Below are positions 10,249 through 20,789 of a stretch of 64,000 bases of DNA, piece by piece; position 1 is the first letter of the stretch; every line of letters starts with the position of its first letter. This stretch comes from Candidatus Bathyarchaeota archaeon. GTDB taxonomy: Archaea; Thermoproteota; Bathyarchaeia; Bathyarchaeales; Bathycorpusculaceae. The notes beneath the pieces were generated by a model. It was not told the DNA's origin. It did no database searches and saw only the letters and a program-made list of their open reading frames with translations. Location: NCBI GenBank assembly GCA_963815095.1, contig CAWFFH010000003.1, positions 928,001-992,000 on the forward strand, given 5' to 3'. The translations under genes and the position numbers were made by a program.

Positions 10249-11289
10249 ATGTGGAATGGCATGAGAAAAATCGGGAAAGATGATTCAGGCAATTACTGTT
10301 TAGGGATCGAGTCTTCAGCTGATGACTTCGGAGTTGGAATTGCGTCGTTTAGTGGGGATGTCTTGGCGAACAAATCCGATAGTTACATCCCAGCGGAAGG
10401 CGGAATTCATCCCCGAGAAGCAGCACGTCACCATGCTGAAGTTGCAGATAAAGTGCTAAAAGAAGCCTTATCAAAATCTGGCTTAAAACCCAAAGACTTG
10501 TCGGCTATTGCTTTCTCTCAGGGTCCAGGTTTAGGACCCAGTCTACGTACAGGAGCCACTGTTGCTCGAGCCTTAGCCTCATATCTCGATATTCCACTTG
10601 TGGGAGTCAACCATTCCGTTGCTCATATTGAAATCGGTAAACTCAAAACTGGCGCCAACGATCCCGTGACCCTCTATGTTTCCGGAGGCAACACCATGGT
10701 GACAGCTTTTGAATCTGGACGCTACCGGGTGTTCGGCGAAACTTTGGACATTGCGCTGGGTAACTGTCTTGATGTTTTTGGTAGGGCAGCAGGGCTTAAG
10801 GGCCAGAAGGGCTTACCAGTTGGAGCCGCCATTGAGCGGTTGGCGCTTGCAGGTCGAAAACTGGTTTCATTGCCTTATGTTGTTAAGGGTATGGATTTGT
10901 CTCTTAGTGGCTTGTTAACAGCGGCTACAGTTGCGTTGCAAAAAGGCGATTGCAAACTCGAGGATTTGTGTTATAGTCTTCAAGAACATGCCTTCTCTAT
11001 GGTAACCGAAGTTACTGAGCGGGCGCTGGCTCATACCGAAAAGAAAGAGGTTTTATTGACAGGTGGAGTAGCTGCGAATAAAAGGTTGCAATTCATGCTT
11101 GCAATCATCGCCGAAGAGCACGATGCTCAGTTCAACGTGGTTCCTTTAGAATTCGCAACCGACAATGGCGCTATGATTGCTTGGACTGGCGTATTAGCTT
11201 TTAAACATGGTTTAGTTACTCCCGTTGATGAGAGCTACGTGAAACTCCGGTGGAGAGTCGACAAGGTGGATGTGCCATGGATACAATAG
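10249..11289 (+). CDS. kae1: KEOPS t6A synthase Kae1
   Basis: GIESSAD, GGIHP, GPGLG, NHSVAH, VSGGNT, DNGAMIA. Confidence 0.95.
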   Translation: MWNGMRKIGKDDSGNYCLGIESSADDFGVGIASFSGDVLANKSDSYIPAEGGIHPREAARHHAEVADKVLKEALSKSGLKPKDLSAIAFSQGPGLGPSLRTGATVARALASYLDIPLVGVNHSVAHIEIGKLKTGANDPVTLYVSGGNTMVTAFESGRYRVFGETLDIALGNCLDVFGRAAGLKGQKGLPVGAAIERLALAGRKLVSLPYVVKGMDLSLSGLLTAATVALQKGDCKLEDLCYSLQEHAFSMVTEVTERALAHTEKKEVLLTGGVAANKRLQFMLAIIAEEHDAQFNVVPLEFATDNGAMIAWTGVLAFKHGLVTPVDESYVKLRWRVDKVDVPWIQ

Positions 11290-11945
11290 ATAAAGTCGAC
11301 ACAATAAGGCTGCTCAAGAAGGGTGCCGAAGCCAGCCTCTTTTTAACTGAATGGTATGAACGAAAAGTAATCATTAAAGTTCGGGTTCCCAAAAAATACC
11401 GCCCCGAGGAATTAGATGAACAAATCCGAAATTACCGAACAATACATGAACCCCAGTTGATCCATGAAGCCAAAGCCGCAGGGGTGCCGACTCCGCTGAT
11501 TTACATGGTTAATGTGCATCACTCATCGATTACCATGGAGTACATTGAAGGACAACAAATAAAACAGGTTTTAAACAGCGTATCCAAAATCGAGCGGCAT
11601 GATTTATGTGTTAAAATCGGCGAATTCATCGCGCGATTGCATAAGCAAGGCTTAATTCACGGCGACCTAACCACCTCCAACATGATACTAAACCCCAACG
11701 GCAAAATCTTCTTTATCGACTTCGGGTTGGGTGAAAAAAACATCGAACTTGAAGCCAAAGGTGTCGATTTGCACCTGCTCAAACGAGCATTACAAAGCAC
11801 ACACTATCAGCATTGGGAAGAATGCTTCCAAAACGTCTTATGCGGCTACACATCCATAATAGGCGTCGATTTGGCGGAAAAAGTTTATGAGAAAATCAAA
11901 GAGATAGAGAGGCGTGGGCGCTATGTCGAAGAACGCAGACAGTAA
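11277..11945 (+). CDS. bud32: KEOPS kinase/ATPase Bud32
   Basis: GAEA, HGDLTTSN, IDFGL, RRGRY; overlaps kae1. Confidence 0.95.
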   Translation: MDTIDKVDTIRLLKKGAEASLFLTEWYERKVIIKVRVPKKYRPEELDEQIRNYRTIHEPQLIHEAKAAGVPTPLIYMVNVHHSSITMEYIEGQQIKQVLNSVSKIERHDLCVKIGEFIARLHKQGLIHGDLTTSNMILNPNGKIFFIDFGLGEKNIELEAKGVDLHLLKRALQSTHYQHWEECFQNVLCGYTSIIGVDLAEKVYEKIKEIERRGRYVEERRQ

Positions 11946-12537
11946 CCAATGTCAAATTCCGAAGCGTAAAGTTGTCTTTTTTGCGACAGGTAATATCAAT
12001 AAATTTAACGAGGCGCGAAGCATTCTTGGTCAACATGGGATTGCGGTTGGCATGCTTAAACTCAAAGGCGACGAAATTCAGAGTGAAAGTCTAAAAGAAA
12101 TCGCCCAGAAAAGCGTTTTAAATGCTTATAGACGGTGCAGGTTGCCGATTTTTGTTGAGGACGCAGGCTTATTCATCGATGCCCTAGAAGGGTTTCCTGG
12201 TCCATACGCAGCCTACATTTACCACACCATTCACAACAGCGGCATCCTCAAACTCATGGAAAACAAGGCTGAACGAAAAGCCAAATTCCAATCCGTCATA
12301 GCTTACTGCGACGACCAAACTCCCAACGAACCCATATGTTTTGACGGCGAATCCATAGGTCAAATAACAACGGCTGAACGCAAAGAACAAGCTAAATCAG
12401 GCTTTGGTTTTGATCCCATCTTCCAACCTGAGGGAAGCGCTAAAACTTTTGCGGAAATGACTATAGTTGAAAAGAATGGTTACTCGCATAGGGCGGCGGC
12501 TATTCGTAAGTTTGCGGAATGGTATAAGAACCAATAA
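11923..12537 (+). CDS. rdgB: Non-canonical purine NTP pyrophosphatase (RdgB/HAM1)
   Basis: ATGN..K, EDAGL, GFPGPY, GFGFDPIF, SHR; start uncertain. Confidence 0.93.
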   Translation: MSKNADSNQCQIPKRKVVFFATGNINKFNEARSILGQHGIAVGMLKLKGDEIQSESLKEIAQKSVLNAYRRCRLPIFVEDAGLFIDALEGFPGPYAAYIYHTIHNSGILKLMENKAERKAKFQSVIAYCDDQTPNEPICFDGESIGQITTAERKEQAKSGFGFDPIFQPEGSAKTFAEMTIVEKNGYSHRAAAIRKFAEWYKNQ

Positions 12538-12597
12538 GCAAGTTTTTCAAAAATATTATATTGTATTTCGTTGCATAAGCAGTTGTGGAGAAATATA

Positions 12598-13089
12598 ATG
12601 AGCCAAAACTCTCGTGGAAATTGGTCATTTAGCGAAGGTTTGATTACAGCCTTAGCGGTAGGCGGATTCCTGATTATATTGGGCTTGGTGGCGTTCACAC
12701 CCAGTATCGCCCAGAACACCAACACTTTCATCTCCGACCAAACCACTGTAACCTCTCATTTTGGTTCAAGCACCGTAAATTTGCCTGCCCCAGCACACCC
12801 TTCAGAGCACATTGAATTCTATAGCGCTGTGATAAATTTCCTGTTAGGCATTGGCATCCTGCAGATAGTCATATTAGGTCTAAGGTTATGGGTGAAATCG
12901 CCGATTAGGCGGATATCTCAAAGCGTTGGCGACTTGATTTTCTGGTTGGGCGCTGCAGTTGTGGCTAATGTTTTCCTCTTAACTGGTACACTTAATGGGT
13001 GGTTCCAGTTCTGGTCAGCGTTAATCATAATTATTGGTGTATCATTGATTGGCCGGTTTTTTGTTTATTTTGTGAAAAGGCATCAATGA
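12598..13089 (+). CDS. Hypothetical membrane protein, paralog of 29782-30279
   Basis: About 4 TM segments; LPAP..P, GIL.IVIL.LR.W, FWLGA shared with the paralog. Confidence 0.7.
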   Translation: MSQNSRGNWSFSEGLITALAVGGFLIILGLVAFTPSIAQNTNTFISDQTTVTSHFGSSTVNLPAPAHPSEHIEFYSAVINFLLGIGILQIVILGLRLWVKSPIRRISQSVGDLIFWLGAAVVANVFLLTGTLNGWFQFWSALIIIIGVSLIGRFFVYFVKRHQ

Positions 13090-13193
13090 AACTGCCCCAA
13101 TAAGGGAACCCATAATTTTTCGGTTTTTCTTGTCAAAGGGATTACTTTTAAATATTGGGGCGGCGTGGTTAAGTTGCGCAAATAGGTGTAATA

Positions 13194-13634
13194 ATGCCCA
13201 AGCAAGAAAAAGGTAAATCGCATTCAATTCGCCCCGTTAGCAGGCGTCCTCCAAGCTGGTGCAAGTATCAGCCTGAAGAAGTAGAAGCATTCATAATTAA
13301 GCACGCCAAAGAAGGCCACTCACTCAGTAGCATAGGCACAATTCTACGTGACCAATATGCTATTCCACTTGTAAAACCCATAACGGGCAAGAGCATAAGC
13401 GACACACTCAAAGCTGCAAACTTAGCTCCAACAATGCCCGAAGACCTCTCCAACCTGATGAAAAAAGCTCAAAGCCTCGCAGTCCACATGGACAAAAACA
13501 AGAAAGACCTCCACAACAAACGCAACATGCAAATCATCGAAGCCAGAATTCACAAGCTCAGCCGCTACTATAAGCGTGAAGGCGTTATTGCGAAGAACTG
13601 GAAGTACGTGCCAAAAATCGCGTCCGTAACCTAA
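13194..13634 (+). CDS. rps15: 30S ribosomal protein S15 (uS15)
   Basis: GKSHS.RP, IGTILRDQY.IP, PEDL, IEARIHKLSRYYK. Confidence 0.96.
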   Translation: MPKQEKGKSHSIRPVSRRPPSWCKYQPEEVEAFIIKHAKEGHSLSSIGTILRDQYAIPLVKPITGKSISDTLKAANLAPTMPEDLSNLMKKAQSLAVHMDKNKKDLHNKRNMQIIEARIHKLSRYYKREGVIAKNWKYVPKIASVT

Positions 13635-13721
13635 ACTTCTTCCTTTTAAATTTTATTATTTTTAAGTCATAGAAAGTTTAATATTTTCACTTATTGCATA
13701 GCAGTAAGTAGGCGAGCAAGC

Positions 13722-14345
13722 GTGCTCCAAAAACCAATCAAGACTAAAATTCGGCTTTACAGTATTATTGCATTAGCCCTAACGTTTTGTCTTATCCTAA
13801 CCGTTGCGGCTTCCTTATCATTTAGTCCAAAAGCCTCGGTTCAAGATCAATCTGAAGAATCTAATCTTCCCGACTCGGCTGCATTTTCTGACAACTTGTC
13901 CTCGGATATCAGCGTCAACGGTACTGATGAGCAAACCCAGAACGTAACGCAGGAAAACGTTTCGCTAATTACACAAGAACAAGCCCTCAACATATCCATG
14001 CCCATCATTGACCAATTTGTGATAAAATACAACCTAACATTATTATCGGTAAATACAACATTCGCCTACAGGCCGGATAACGACGGCTTAAGAGGAGGAC
14101 CCAGCTTATACCATCTAGTGGCCGAAAATCTTTCCTCATCAGAAATCTATAGCCAACTTAAAAGCTACCCAGTATGGACTGTGACAGCAAAATTCAACCC
14201 TGTTACGATTTATGGAAATGCGACCGATCGAAATGGCGAACCTTATACTTGGTATCCCGGGATGACTATTGAAAGTTATTTAATTAGACTTTGGGCGGAC
14301 AATGGGCAAATTTTTTATTCATCTAAAGAACCCTTAGTTTGCTAG
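13722..14345 (+). CDS. Membrane-anchored exported protein, possible PepSY-like domain
   Basis: N-terminal TM; ITQEQAL..., PVW.V..., WADNGQI pattern. Confidence 0.55.
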   Translation: MLQKPIKTKIRLYSIIALALTFCLILTVAASLSFSPKASVQDQSEESNLPDSAAFSDNLSSDISVNGTDEQTQNVTQENVSLITQEQALNISMPIIDQFVIKYNLTLLSVNTTFAYRPDNDGLRGGPSLYHLVAENLSSSEIYSQLKSYPVWTVTAKFNPVTIYGNATDRNGEPYTWYPGMTIESYLIRLWADNGQIFYSSKEPLVC

Positions 14346-14429
14346 TTTTCATTTTAGGACTTTTTGTTTTCTATAGATGCACCAGCTTTAAATTCGATTA
14401 TCGCCTTTTAGCCCGAGAAGTGAGTGGGC

Positions 14430-15900
14430 ATGGCTGCACAGCAACAACAAAACATCGAAGGCTTCTTAGCTGCGGCGAATGAAGCAGCAAAAGTAATTCT
14501 GGAAACCGCCAAAAAAGACGGCTTTATTCTTGTGTTCTCCCATTTGGATGCGGATGGGGTTGCTGCTGCAGGCGTCATGGGCAAGATGCTCCATCGACTT
14601 GATGCGCGTTTTCGGATTCGGGTTATGCAGTGGGTTGATGACAAAATCATCGGCGAAGTCATCGCTGACAAACCGCAACTCGTGATTCTTGACTGATTTT
14701 GGCAGCGGCTACCTTGATCTGCTCAATCAGAAAATTCCAAACGTCAAAGTTGTAATCCTCGATCATCATCAAATAAACAGCAAAGTGGTTAACTCCAATT
14801 TTACACAGGTTAATCCGCATATGTTTGGTATTGATGGGGCGACGGATGTTAGCGGTTCAGGTGTAGCTTACTTTGCGGCTAAAGCGGTGAATGCTGGGAA
14901 TGTGGATTTGGCTCCAATTGCCTTAGTTGGCGCGCTTGGGGACATGCAGGACAAGTACGAACAACGGAGTTTTCGCAGCCTAAACGAAATAATAGTGAAC
15001 GATGGTGTCGCCGCTGGTTTGCTTAAGGTTGATAAGGACTTAATTTTCTTCGGCAGAGAAACACGACCCATCTACAAGATGTTAACCACCACAACTAACC
15101 CGTTTATTCCCGGATTGAGCGGTCAAGAAACTGAAGCCTTGAATTTTGTTGCAAACTTGGGTATACCTCTAAAGCAAGGCGACAAGTTGCGGGCTCTTTG
15201 TGACTTAACTGATGATGAAAGAAAGCGGCTGTGTACGGCTTTAGCTGATTACTTGTTGTCTAAGGGGTTACATTTGGAAGTTGAGAACCTCATTGGATAC
15301 ATCTACGTTTTAACAAAAGAAGAACCCAACACTGCGTTGCGAGATGCACGTGAATTTGCGGTGGTTTTGAATTCGGCGGGGCGCATGGACAGGCCAAGCC
15401 TCGGCATTGCCATATGCATGGGCGACCGTAAAGCAGCTTTGGAAGAATCTAACAAAATCCTTGAGGACTACCGTAAAAACATCAGCAAATACCTCGGCTG
15501 GGTTACCGAAAAACCTGAACGAATGCGCGAACTTGAAAACATCTACGTTATCTACGGTGAAAACTTTATCAACGAAAAAATAATCGGCACCGTCTCTTCT
15601 ATAATTGTCTCAAACCTTGCCAACAACGAAAAACCGCTTTTAGCATTCGCCAATATTGAGGCAGAAAAAGCCGCAAAGTTTTCAGGACGAACAACCGAAG
15701 CGGCACTCCGCAAAGGCGTGAACCTTGGCGATGTGATGCGGATAGCTTCAGAAATGCATGGAGGAAAAGGCGGAGGACATAACATCGCAGCAGGCGCCCA
15801 AGTGCCCCTGGATAAAGTGATTGATTTCGTTAAGACGGCCGACGAGTTGGTAGGTCGGCAACTTAAGGGTGAGAAGCTTGGAAGCAACAGTCACACTTGA
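14430..15900 (+). pseudogene. RecJ/GAN-like DHH-family phosphoesterase, split by a +1 frameshift near 14688
   Basis: HLDADG in first frame; TDFGSG, LDHH, GGGHNIAAG in second frame; typical rps15-DHH-pcc1 context; probably intact in vivo. Confidence 0.88.
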
Positions 15901-16123
15901 GTACAAAGATGAAAAAACCGCGGAATCTATTTCCAAGGCGGTTTCGCCTGACAACTTCAAAACCCCAATTGGGTTGAAGGTGAAAACTGTGAGGGAAAAC
16001 AACAAAGTAATAACCAACATCAAATGTGAGGGAAAACTTGCTACCTTCACCGCTACTATTGACGACCTACTCTTCAGTGCATCCACTGCGGAAAAAACGC
16101 TTCATATCATACAAAATAAATAG
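15878..16123 (+). CDS. pcc1: KEOPS complex subunit Pcc1
   Basis: A..I.KAV.PDN and T.DDLL pattern, about 80 aa, downstream of DHH gene. Confidence 0.8.
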   Translation: MEATVTLEYKDEKTAESISKAVSPDNFKTPIGLKVKTVRENNKVITNIKCEGKLATFTATIDDLLFSASTAEKTLHIIQNK

Positions 16124-16209
16124 CAAAGCGTTTTCTCCAAAATTTTTTGAAAACAAAGGGGATGTTGTTTTGACTTTTTTAGCTGCGATTAGATGTTGAA
16201 AATAGAGCT

Positions 16210-16623
16210 TTATTGTATGGGTTTATAATTTAAAGCGATTGCTCCGCCAATGATTCCAAATCCTGCGCCGACAAAGTATCCGCCCATGCCTACAAAGCTG
16301 ATCGCTGAAAACACCACGATTATTGCTCCCCAACTGACATGTTCCTCAGGATGAACTCTTAAAACCAAAGCGCTCATCACAACAATTACTCCGCAAACAA
16401 GGCTGACTACGGAGACAGCGGTGAAAAAACTGTTAGAGCTGCCATAGGTGCCCATGAAGCCGTGATAGCCTCCAATCATGCTGCGCATGTAGCTGCCAAA
16501 GCCGCTCCAAGAAGGAGCGTTGGCACCAAACCAAACGGCATTAATCAAGCTTACAACAAGGACAATTAAGCCTCCAACAAAAGAAATAACAAATGGCAAA
16601 AAAACTCCCTGTCTAGTACTCAA
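16210..16623 (-). CDS. Hypothetical Gly-rich membrane protein
   Basis: Four hydrophobic segments, GGYFVGAGFGIIGGAIAL; start approximate. Confidence 0.6.
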   Translation of the reverse strand: MSTRQGVFLPFVISFVGGLIVLVVSLINAVWFGANAPSWSGFGSYMRSMIGGYHGFMGTYGSSNSFFTAVSVVSLVCGVIVVMSALVLRVHPEEHVSWGAIIVVFSAISFVGMGGYFVGAGFGIIGGAIALNYKPIQ

Positions 16624-16636
16624 TAATTCCACCTCC

Positions 16637-18404
16637 TCAAAGGAATCTCCTCGGATCAGTGTCAATGTCAACGATTGTAGGTTTTGTGGATTTGAGGGCT
16701 TTGTCAACGGCTGCTTCAAGCTGGTTTGGTTCTGTAACTTTGATGCCTAAACCGCCTGCATTCTCAGCAAAAGTGGCGAAGCTGAAGTCATGGAGGTCTG
16801 TTTGCCAACCCTCATAGCCCTCAACTTTCTGTTCCTGCATAATCATTCCCAATCGTTTGTTATTCATAACAAACACTTTAACAGGTAAATTGTATTTGAG
16901 TGCTGTTAAGAAATCACCTAAAACCATTGTTAAGCCGCCATCGCCGGTCAAACACACAATTTGCCTTTCAGGGTAAGCCAAGGCTGCTGCTAAAGCTCCA
17001 GGCAAACCAAAACCCATCGTTGCCAATTGTCCGCTCATGACCATTTTCTGTGATTTTTTCATCCTAAAGTTGCGGCCAAACCACCAGCAGTTTTCTCCAA
17101 CATCTAAAGAAATCACTGCATTGTCAGCGATTTTTTCGTTTAGGACTTTGATGATGTATTGTGGTCTAATCGGTTTCAGGGTTGGGTCAGCTTCTTTTTC
17201 GAGTTGAGTTAGCCATTCCTGTTTTAGTTTGGCTACTTCAGCTAAATAATGTCTCTTTTTCTTTCTGCTGAACCTTATCGGTCAACTTGGGAATCAACAC
17301 AGCGCTGTTTCCTAACAATCCCACCTCGACAGAGTACCTGCGAGCAATCATCAACGGATTAATATCAATCTGCACTGTGCGTTTTTTGGGAATAAGCGAC
17401 AAATCCGAAAACGAAGATCCAATGGCTATTAGCAAATCTGCTTTTTCCATGAGTTGCCCAGCGGCAGTTGAACCAACCCCACCATGGCATCCAACATACA
17501 ACGGCTCGTTTTCATCAACGATGCCTTTTGCGCGGAAAGTCGAAATAATTGGCGCACCAATCTTCGAAGCCAACTTTAAGAGCTTGGTTCCTTGTCCCCT
17601 GGCGCCGAAACCCACCAAAATTATAGGTCTATTGGCTGAATCAATGACTTTTGCCGCCTTTTCAACAACCCATTCCTCCTGTCCATAAGCAAGATTTGGC
17701 ATTCTGCCCTCAAACGGCAAAATCTGGGTTTCATATGGCAATTTTTGAACGTCGTTGGGTAAGCCGATGTGAGCAACACCCTGATTCAAAAGCGCATGCT
17801 TAATTGCCAACGTTGCCAGCGTTGTGGTTTGGTCCTCAGTCATCAACGTCTTGTTATAGACGCTTAACGGTTCAAAAAAAGCTTGTTGATCAATTTCTTG
17901 TATTGCACCTTGACCCATATGTTTTCGTGGAACCATACCGGTCAACGCCAAAACTGGCGAATGATCCAGCTGAGCATCGTACAATCCAGTCACCAAGTTA
18001 GTTGCCCCCGGACCAGAAATTCCAAGGCAAGCTGCTATATGCCCAGTTAATTTCCCATAAGCCGATGCCATAAAGGCGGCTGTTTCCTCATGCCTGACTT
18101 GCACGTATTTCACTTTGCCTTTGCTTTTACGTATTGCATCCACAATACCTAATGTTGAGGTGCCAGGAATACCGAAAACGTATTGTACGCCCCACTCAGC
18201 AATCTGGTCAATAAGAACATCGGAAACCGTGTGTCCACCTTTTTTCGTATTCTCTTCTGCTTGCGACTCTGCTAACAATATAAACGCTGATTTTGGTGCC
18301 CCGCAAATAGGACAAACCCATTCTTCAGGCAAATCGCTAAACTTTACCTTCTCTTTCGCATCATCATAAACCCAATTGCAAACAGTACATCGGTATTTCG
18401 CCAT
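16637..18404 (-). pseudogene. Rubredoxin-fused TPP-binding protein (pyruvate oxidase/acetolactate synthase family), +1 frameshift near 17250
   Basis: N-terminal CTVC..WVCPICG; FGIPG, VRHEE, GPG..N; downstream frame [23 protein letters not shown]. Confidence 0.85.
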
Positions 18405-18529
18405 TTCAAACCCTCAAAAACCTATAGAAACTAAGTGATTCCGTCCTTATCAGTTTATTGGAGCATTCAAAAATTGAACATTTTTATAAACTGCTTAACC
18501 AACTAATTACTTGTAAAGAGATGCTAATT

Positions 18530-19462
18530 ATGGAGAATTGGGATGTCATAATCATTGGCGCTGGCTCCGCTGGTTTAGCTGCGGGAATTTACACTGTTCG
18601 AAGTGGTTTGAAAACTTTGATTTTAGATGAGAAACTTCCCGGCGGAACAATCTCAGATGCCTCAATGGTGGTTAATTATCCTGGGTTTGCAGAGATTAGT
18701 GGTGGGGAATTGGCAGAAAAAATGACTCTGCATTGCAAAAAGGTCGGCGCAATCATTCACGATTTAGAGCCAGTCACTGAATTAGACCTTGTGGGCGAAA
18801 AGAAAATTGTGAAAACCTCAAACGCAACCTATGAGGCTAAAGCAGTAATATTTTCTGTTGGTTCACATTACAAGGGAATCGATGTTAAAGGTGAAAAAGA
18901 GTTTCGCGGTAGAGGCGTAAGCTACTGCGGTGTTTGCGATGGACCATTTTTTAAGGGCAAAAAAGTGCTTGTGGTCGGCGGTGGAAATTCAGCTTGCATT
19001 ACCACTCTCTATCTTTCCGGTCTCGCAGCACAGGTCACGGTTATTCATAGGCGGGAAGCGTTTAGGGCGGAAGAATCTTTGGTGTCGGACATATCCTCAA
19101 AAGGTAATGTTAATATCATGTGGAATACTGAAATTCAAGAAATCAAGGGCGACAAACAAGTAAAAGCCGTCACCCTAATCGATAACATAACAAAGAAAAC
19201 AAGTGAACTTTCAGTTGACGCGGTTTTTGTTCAAGTTGGCGAAGCACCCAACAGCCAAATAGCCAAAGCCAGCGGTGTAGAAACCGACGAGCATGGATAC
19301 ATCAAAATTGACATCCACCAACAAACAAATCTGCCTGGAGTTTACGCGGCAGGCGACGTAACTAACCATCCCATTAAACAGGTGGGTACTGCTGTGGGTC
19401 AAGGTATCACTGCAGCTCTTGAAGCTTATAGTTACATTCGACGACCCTATTACAAAAAATAG
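18530..19462 (+). CDS. trxB: Thioredoxin-disulfide reductase
   Basis: IIGAGSAG, GRGVSYCGVCDG, GGGNSA, AAGDV. Confidence 0.92.
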   Translation: MENWDVIIIGAGSAGLAAGIYTVRSGLKTLILDEKLPGGTISDASMVVNYPGFAEISGGELAEKMTLHCKKVGAIIHDLEPVTELDLVGEKKIVKTSNATYEAKAVIFSVGSHYKGIDVKGEKEFRGRGVSYCGVCDGPFFKGKKVLVVGGGNSACITTLYLSGLAAQVTVIHRREAFRAEESLVSDISSKGNVNIMWNTEIQEIKGDKQVKAVTLIDNITKKTSELSVDAVFVQVGEAPNSQIAKASGVETDEHGYIKIDIHQQTNLPGVYAAGDVTNHPIKQVGTAVGQGITAALEAYSYIRRPYYKK

Positions 19463-19565
19463 AGAGTAAGGATTATATGATTCTTAACCTCTTTTCATTT
19501 TTTCAATCAGCTTAAGCTTTGATAAAGCCGAAATTAGTGGCTAGATGCATGAATGAGGTTTACAA

Positions 19566-20789
19566 ATGAGTGAAAAATGTCTCGCTGTAGTCGAAATCAA
19601 TCAAGACCTATGCAGTCGATGTTATGTCTGCAAATCAATCTGTCCCTATGAAGCTATAAAGGCGGATTCAACGGGCAAAGTTGAAATTAACAGTCAAGAT
19701 TGCCAAGTTTGCGGCATCTGCTATAGTGCTTGTCCCTCTGCAGCCATAAAAATGCAATATTACACTTACGATAACCTATCAGAATTCCTTGCGAAGGCGC
19801 AAATTAAAGCCAAAAACGTTAACACCCTTGTCTTGATGTGTCGAGGAAACTCGCCTTCCACAGGGGAAGTCCAAGACATCCTAAAAGAGCAAGGATTGAA
19901 AGTTGACAAATACATGGCTTTGCGTCTGCCATGTGCGGGTCGTGTTCCAACAGACTTTGTTTTTGAAGCCCTAAACTCAGGCGTTAAAAACATTGTTTCC
20001 ATCCAATGTGAAGACCCATTCTGCCGCTACAAAGAAGGCACAAAAATTAACACACGCAGACTCGTCTTAGCACGCAATGTTCTAAAACAATTAGGCTTTG
20101 ATGAGAACGCTGTAAGGGTTGTAAAGTTCTCCCGTAAAGCAGTCTATGACGTACAGGCATGTGTGGGTTGCGACAAATGCATCTTCATCTGCCCATACGG
20201 CGCGCTTGAGTTTGAGTCGTTTGCAACTCCAAAAGTAATTGAAGAAAAATGCACAGGATGCGGTGCATGCCAACTGGTTTGTCCACACCATGCAATACAA
20301 GTGAAAGGTTTCGAATTCGAAGATGTAGTTGACCGCTATGGCAAATCACTTGCACTTCTGAAAGACAAAAACAAAGGACCCGCCGTGCTCGCGTTCGTTT
20401 GTCAATGGTCCGAGTTCTCTGCATTAGATAATCCCAACAAAGCATTCGAAGGCAAAAACGTCCTGGCCCTTGAAGTTCCCTGCTTCAAATCCCTTGACCC
20501 CGTCCATATCATCAACGCATTAAACTGCGGCTTCGATGGTGTAATGGGCGTGGTTTGTTCAGCTAAAGACTGCAAGCTTCAAGAAGGAAGAGGCGCTGCA
20601 GAACGCAACGTGGCTGCACTGAAAGTTGCACTTAAAAAATTGGGTTTGCTCGACCGATTCGAACTCTACGAGGAGTCACCCAGATGCGCTGATGAATTCG
20701 AGGCAAAACTCGATGAATTCTACAAGAAAATTTGTACTTTACCAAAACGGGAAGTAGCTTTGGAGGCGACTGAAAAACGTACAAAATAG
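19566..20789 (+). CDS. Tandem (2x[4Fe-4S] ferredoxin + MvhD/FlpD-like) x2 iron-sulfur protein
   Basis: Four CxxCxxCxxxCP motifs; two MvhD-like modules (LPCAGRV..C...C; FVCQWS..VPCF..C...C). Confidence 0.8.
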   Translation: MSEKCLAVVEINQDLCSRCYVCKSICPYEAIKADSTGKVEINSQDCQVCGICYSACPSAAIKMQYYTYDNLSEFLAKAQIKAKNVNTLVLMCRGNSPSTGEVQDILKEQGLKVDKYMALRLPCAGRVPTDFVFEALNSGVKNIVSIQCEDPFCRYKEGTKINTRRLVLARNVLKQLGFDENAVRVVKFSRKAVYDVQACVGCDKCIFICPYGALEFESFATPKVIEEKCTGCGACQLVCPHHAIQVKGFEFEDVVDRYGKSLALLKDKNKGPAVLAFVCQWSEFSALDNPNKAFEGKNVLALEVPCFKSLDPVHIINALNCGFDGVMGVVCSAKDCKLQEGRGAAERNVAALKVALKKLGLLDRFELYEESPRCADEFEAKLDEFYKKICTLPKREVALEATEKRTK

